This document shows, in pieces, positions 58,341 through 64,000 of a stretch of DNA of 64,000 nucleotides. The position numbers were made by a program, and so were the translations under genes. The notes beneath the pieces are model-generated. The model worked only from the letters and a program-made list of their open reading frames with translations. It did not search any database and was not told the origin of the DNA. The DNA is from Cladosporium halotolerans. Taxonomy: Eukaryota. How positions within the stretch are numbered: position 1 is the first letter of the stretch; each line of letters opens with the position of its first letter. The stretch spans positions 1,116,001-1,180,000 of the forward strand of contig NW_027191455.1 in NCBI RefSeq assembly GCF_011745625.1, written 5' to 3'.

Positions 58341-59327
58341 TGTATTGAAGAGAGCGTGAAAGGTGTCCTTGGCTATAACGAAGTACGCTGCAAATTGGAA
58401 TTGACAGGGGGCATGCGTTTTAAGACCTTGGAGAAGAGTACAAAGTCGCCGCGGTGATGGAATGCAGCAGCGCGACTCACAGAACGCCGCTCACAGTCAC
58501 CATCTGATACAACTGAAGAGCGATGAACAAGAGAAGCGTCACGTTCGCCCTCAATATTCCATCAACAACTTCCTCTCGACAGCTCTGGTACACTGCCCAG
58601 CTTCCAGAACGCTCGTCCGCCCAAGAACCCTTCAACGTATCGAGAGACGGCGTTTCGCACAACAAGAGACTACACACGCTACAAAGCTCTTGGTTCACTG
58701 CATTGGAGGTCCTATTTGTACGAGCGCATGGTCTTTGGGCAGACTGGAGATACATCGATGAGACAGCTCGCGACTCACAGCTACCAGGCTCAGCAGGAAG
58801 ACTGCAAACGCTTGTTTGCTCACCAACACCCACTCACCTGTCTTTTCTCCAAGTCACGATGGAACTCAATGCTAGCGACAACTATACACGAAAAGATGAG
58901 CAACTTCTCTTCTCACGATGGAGGTCTGTCTTCGCACGACTGGAGGCCTTGACGCTACATTTCCGGGGTTTTCGGGACCGCAGCCATCACAAGAGATGGC
59001 CATACCATCGGATTAGCTTGACTGTCACCGCAGAATGGCTTTAACTGCACCATGGGCACACCCAGCGCTCAAGCGGCCGTGTCGAAGACGAGGTGTGGTT
59101 GGATTTGAGTACGGCCGCTAGTCATTGGCGGACAGCTTATATTGCTGACCTTGGCAAGGCGGGCGCCACCGTCTACGCGTCACAACGGCCTTTTGCAGCG
59201 CGTGGGCCTCGCGACGAAAATACCATAACATCATCGCCAAGCCAGACATACAGACGGGGGCCATCGACACGGCCTGCGCGCACATTCACAACGCGTGTGT
59301 TGCCGCCCACAGCCGCCGGCCTGTCGC

Positions 59328-59328
<1 letters not shown>

Positions 59329-59365
<37 letters not shown>
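59329..59365 (+). repeat. (AGC)12 microsatellite upstream of the TF start codon
   Basis: Perfect trinucleotide run; an in-frame TGA at 59437 separates it from the CDS. Confidence 0.95.
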
Positions 59366-59366
<1 letters not shown>

Positions 59367-59487
59367 AGCTGTCCTGAGCGCGACCGACGGCGACACGGTG
59401 CCTGCGCCCGCCGACTTTGCGACCCGACCGACCGACTGACTCCACTAGCCACAGCGTGCACAACACCCACCCGGCAGCCAAAGCACC

Positions 59488-62120
59488 ATGGCCGCCCGTC
59501 CCGAAAGCGTGCTGGATCCTGCCCTGGGGGGAGGCCCGCCGCCCACACAACCACCGCCGCCCGTGGGCGGTGGCATGCCCTACTACCAGTATGCACACAC
59601 TCCCGTCGCGCCGTCGCCCGGTGGCGAGCACGAGTACCAGCCGCCGCCGCAGATGTCCGCCGCCCCCGCGCATTATGCACCCCAAATGGCAGACGGCGGT
59701 GCAGGCGCAGCAGAGGACCCAAAGCGCCCCCGGGCCTGCGACTCCTGCCGCAACTTGAAAGTCAAGTGTGAACTCCCGGAAGATCGGCCGGATTTGCCAT
59801 GCAGACGCTGTGCGAAGACCGGCCGGGAGTGTCACATCACGCCACCCACGAGAAAACGCCAAAAAAAGGAAGCCAGCCGCGTCGCAGAGCTCGAGAAGAG
59901 GCTTGAAGAACTGACCTCCACAGTCAACGCGCAAGCACACGGACGGCTCGCACAGTACGCGTCGCCAACAGATCATCCTTCCGACCGAGCGCTGGAAATC
60001 CCGTACGGCAGGCAAAGCGTCAGCTCCATTCAGTCGCACAGCACCCCAACAGCTTTCCAGCAGCCTCAAGATGGAGGCCCAGCGCCCAAACGGCGTCGAA
60101 CGGATGACTCTCCCTTCACCACTCACCCCTCTTTGCCGTACAGCAATGGCAGCCCAGGTACCACGACTGCGCACAACTCGGCGGCTGAGGAAGCATCCAG
60201 CATCGAGCTCTCTTGGGCCACTGCAAGCGACATCACCCGCTTCCTCCATCACACATCGCCACAGCAATTTGTGCAGCGCATCAACGCTCTTATTCCTCCT
60301 GAGAGGGCTCCCGGCCTTCTCAAGAGATACAACACTGAGATGGCGCCCCACTTACCAGCTGTCGTCTTCCCGCCGAACATGACCGCAGAACAGCTCTACA
60401 GAGAGAAACCTTTGCTCTACCTCTCCGTCTTGGGCGCCGCGTCATATGGACATGCGGAGCAGGACACTGCTCGCAATGCTGTCCGCGAAGCTATTGGAAC
60501 CATTGCGGATTGCGCAGTCCGCAACGGTGCCAAGTCAATGGAACTCATCCAGGCCATGCAAATCATTGCGCTTTGGTACAAGCCCCCAGAGCAAGCGGAA
60601 CAGACAAACTTTTACCAAATCATCAGCATCGCGGCGACCATGGTATACGATCTTGGCCTAAATCAGAGATTCAACCTTGCAAAGGCGAGGAGAGGGCTCA
60701 TGGGACCGGCAAAAGATGTCGCACCTAACATGGGCATCAGGATGGCGCCTGTCAATTCCGACGAGCTAGAGTCCAGGAGGGCTTTGCTGGGATGTTACTA
60801 TTTGTGCGCGAGGTAGGCTACTTCTCATCACTTGTCCGTATCGACTTCTGCTAACGTCCCATCAGTGCCGCCATGGTGCTTCGTCGCCCCATCCGGTTCG
60901 ACTGGACCAAGTACACCGAAGATTGCATCGAAGAGCTCATGACCAATCCCGATGCGGCGCCAACTGACAAGCTGCTTTGCCAACACGTCAAGCTGCAGCG
61001 GATCTGTGAAGAAGTTGGCCAGCAATTCCGCATGCACGACCCGTCAGCGACCGTCAGCCTTGACGATGCGCAGGTGGCGTACAACGTGCGGCACTTTGAG
61101 AACGAGCTCAAGCGGTGGAAGGAAGACATTCCCGCGGACTGCCGCACGCCAGGCCTCATGTTCTTCGAACACGTCTGCAGCCTCTATGCGCACGAGATTG
61201 TGCTGCATCTCAACCACAACGTCGACGACTTCAAGATGCCGTTCAACGAAGAAAGCCTGAAGAACGTGAACGCCGGGTTCGGCAAGCTGACCCAGAACCA
61301 AATGAACTCGCTTCAAGCCTGCGTCAGAGCAGCTCACGGTATCCTGGAATCGATGCTCAACTTTGACGGCAAGACGATCACTGCTCTGCCCATGCTCTTG
61401 TACTTTGTACGCTGCGTGTACGCGGTCGTCATCCTGATCAAGATGCACGTCGCAGTCTGCATACCCAACTCCGAGCTCGGCAAGCTGTTCCAAGCAGAAG
61501 ACCTGAGGGTCGAATACTACCTCAACGGCTTGATAGACCACATCACAACCGTTGCGCGACAGCGATCGATCCGACCGAACAAAGTCATCCGCATCCTCAA
61601 GGTTCTGAGAGACTGGTTTGAAGAGAAGCACAAGAAGGGGATAAGCGCACAGCAAAGCGGCGGGGCATCACCGCCAGCCAAGCAGCAAGAGCAGAGACAA
61701 AGCGTCAGCGGAGCACAATCAGGACTGCAGATGCTGTCACAAGTAGCCACTGGCCAGCAGTCACAGGCCGGCGACATGCCCTCAGACTGGAATTACGACC
61801 GCGCGCAGAACATGCCTTACGGGCAGCGGTACAGCAACGCAGGCAGCCAGAGCGGCGCCGCCTATCCTGCGCAGGAGGACAACGCATTTGGCATGCCCAA
61901 TTACGCCGGTGGCTTCAACATGCAAGATCCGATGTCGCAAGACTACGGCTGGGGAGGCATGGGTGTACAGCAGGCGATGGACATTGCGCTTGGGGACATG
62001 AATGGCCTGCAGAGCGGCGGGCTGGACAATTGGCTTCTGGGTGGAGACAGCATGATGCCGTTCGTCTCCTACGATACCAACACGCCGGCCCCTTCGGCGA
62101 TGAGTTCGAACAGGTTTTAG
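59488..62120 (+). CDS. Zn(II)2Cys6 transcription factor, War1-like; one intron
   Basis: ACDSCRNLKVKC...CRRCAKTGREC; KSMELIQA, DLGL, ESRRALLGCY. Intron 60813-60865. Confidence 0.9.
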
Positions 62121-62361
62121 CGACAGTGAAGCGGCGCGTGCACCGAGAAAAGAGGAGGCTGTATGTAATGGGAGGGCTCATTGACGATTACGAATCATGA
62201 CATTTGGCGCGCACTTCGCTGAAAGGCTGAGGTTTTGCTAGTGTGGATAAGAAATTGCTGGCCGTATGCTCGCCTTGCGAGCACTGACGACCGATGAAGT
62301 ATATTTTATTGTACACTGCTCGACGTTCTCCCGTCAATCTATTCTTACAATAAGGCTCGCC

Positions 62362-64000
62362 TCACTCCCACCTGTCAGCCAACCTAATCGGCCTGAGAGC
62401 AATGTGCCTGTAGTACACGTTGACCGACTCAATCACGCACTCCCAGCGATCGCCGGCCCTCGCCTCCGGAAAGCCCAAGCCCAACTTCTCCGGCCGCATC
62501 ATCGAGCTGGTGACGCTCAGCTCCTCGAACATCACCATCACCTTGGGCTGCGCGGGCGACGGCCGGCTCATGATGTACGCGTGGCAGGTGTCGAAGGGCA
62601 GCTTGGCCTCGCCGAAGTGGTGCGCGCGGAACATCAGCATCGCGACCCAGAAGTTCTCCGCGTACGACTTGGCGCGCGTGATCATCGCCTCGCGCGGCTG
62701 CAGGCCGGTCATGATCGTCTGGAGGTTTTCCTCGCTGAAGGGCAGGAATCGGTGGTCGGGCTGCTTGCCGGAGAGCGTGGGGCCGGAGGTCACGAGGGAG
62801 GTGCCGCTGTGGGCTTCCTTCAGCAGCGCCGCTTCGATCTGCCAGTGCAGGATCATGTCGCCGTAGCGGCGCAGGGGCGACGTGACTTTGCCGTAGTGGT
62901 CGAGGCCGAGGAGGTTGTGGCGGAGGGGCTTGGTGTTGAGGACGAGGGAGCCCATGTTGCGCACGTGCTCGATGCCGATGTGCATTGGGAGGACGCCGTT
63001 GTTGCGCTCCATGGCCGGGACACATTCGGACTGGTAGAACTCGTCCGGGTCGCGCTGGCCGGGCTTCTTGACGGAGCCGCGGTAGATGGTCGGGATCTGG
63101 CGCTCGGCGCACCAGGCCGTCGACACCTCGCAGGCCAGCAACATCATCTCGCGGACGAGGATGTCCTGTGCTTGCTCGCCTTCGGCGAACCAGTTGGTGA
63201 GACCTTGGGTTTGCATGTTGATGACAGGATCGCCCTCGACGGAACGGGCACCCTTGCGGTGGGGATGTTGCCACGCCAGCCCCGGGTGGGCAGCAGTTTG
63301 CCAAACACTCAATGTAGGTTTACGAGAGTCGAAGAAGATTCCGCCTGCGGCCTTCCGCTGGCGTGTACGCCCTTCCGCAAGCTTCTGCAGTTGCTTCAAT
63401 TCGTTGATGTTGACTTCCTTCATGTCTGGGACAGCGCTTCGCCTTTCCGGTTGGGGCGGGACTGCCCCTCCAACGGTGATGTCAAATTGCGCCTTTTTGG
63501 ATTCATCTTGCTGTCCAAGCAAGGTACTCAACTCGCTTGGAGTCAATCGTTGCACGTTCCTGATGAAGCCTGAGGTGATTTTGTGCTCCAATTTCTCGCC
63601 GTTTTCGTTCATCCTCGCGGAGAAGGTCAGACAGGGCCTGTTTGGAGCCAGAGAAAAGTTCTTATTGGTTGCCCAACGTGGCAACATCATGTAAGCCCTT
63701 TCGGGTGTGTAGATTGTCTCACCCATGTGCCTTGCCATTTTTGCAAGTGGGTTATCGCGGTCGAAGAAAGCCGTCGGGTTGGCGATGTGGACATGCACCC
63801 ACCATTCCGGCTGGTTGCTGTCTGCGGAGTTTGCTCGCTCAACAGAAATTCCATCGTCAATCTCGAGGGCGGAGGCGTCATCAATGCAGTAGACGGGCAG
63901 TTCTCCCCAATCATGACGCACGTCCGCCATTTTATCAGAGAATTTGTAGCCTTTACCCATGCTCAGTAATTTATTCATCAGTTGTTGCAATGGTCTGGAG
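62362..64000 (-). CDS. RNase II/RNB-family exoribonuclease, mitochondrial Dss1/Cyt-4-like; 5' part lies outside the window
   Basis: CIDDASALEIDDGIS, HVHIANPT, TSPLRRYGD motifs. Confidence 0.9.
   Translation of the reverse strand, partial: SRPLQQLMNKLLSMGKGYKFSDKMADVRHDWGELPVYCIDDASALEIDDGISVERANSADSNQPEWWVHVHIANPTAFFDRDNPLAKMARHMGETIYTPERAYMMLPRWATNKNFSLAPNRPCLTFSARMNENGEKLEHKITSGFIRNVQRLTPSELSTLLGQQDESKKAQFDITVGGAVPPQPERRSAVPDMKEVNINELKQLQKLAEGRTRQRKAAGGIFFDSRKPTLSVWQTAAHPGLAWQHPHRKGARSVEGDPVINMQTQGLTNWFAEGEQAQDILVREMMLLACEVSTAWCAERQIPTIYRGSVKKPGQRDPDEFYQSECVPAMERNNGVLPMHIGIEHVRNMGSLVLNTKPLRHNLLGLDHYGKVTSPLRRYGDMILHWQIEAALLKEAHSGTSLVTSGPTLSGKQPDHRFLPFSEENLQTIMTGLQPREAMITRAKSYAENFWVAMLMFRAHHFGEAKLPFDTCHAYIMSRPSPAQPKVMVMFEELSVTSSMMRPEKLGLGFPEARAGDRWECVIESVNVYYRHIALRPIRLADRWE

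Noticed and set aside
58462..59044. Possible gene fragment (ORF 58523..59044)
   Set aside because: Somewhat protein-like, but no recognisable motif or reliable start; not supportable.
59173..60351. 392-aa minus-strand ORF and the 59295 poly-Gln ORF
   Set aside because: Non-protein-like alternative frames over the TF and the microsatellite.
62266..63573. 435-aa plus-strand ORF
   Set aside because: Antisense shadow of the RNB exoribonuclease.

Overview
Eukaryotic DNA from a filamentous ascomycete, probably a Dothideomycete (inferred from gene content and short GT-AG introns with CTRAY branch sites). About 30 protein-coding loci. 0-13.5 kb: uptake/catabolism block (Dal5-like MFS permease divergent from a type-B carboxylesterase, Jen1-type carboxylate transporter, sugar porter, bacterial-looking SDR, alkaline ceramidase). 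14-20.3 kb: accessory-looking island (orphan acidic ORF, truncated histidine-kinase fragment, decayed coding repeats, diverged BuGZ/ZNF207-like gene). 20.6-51.1 kb: conserved-looking block (F-box protein, degenerate poly(A)-polymerase-like/MJ1316 protein, cNMP-binding F-box-LRR, PTH11-like receptor, tyrosinase, UPF0390-like, GH115, Zn2Cys6 TF, Gre2-like reductase, RPS19, alpha/beta-hydrolase-cysteine-phosphatase fusion). 51.2-59.2 kb: second accessory-looking island (orphan acidic ORF, tRNA-like Pol III element, several decayed repeats, F-box-like ORF). Then a War1-like TF and the 3' part of a mitochondrial RNase II. No CRISPR, rRNA or intact transposase seen. No complete novel multi-gene system can be demonstrated from sequence alone. 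Best leads: the two RNA-end-processing-like fusion proteins, the candidate HGT SDR, the GATA-rich permease/esterase pair, a candidate snR79-like snoRNA, and the fragment-containing islands. All family assignments are from remembered motifs, not database searches.
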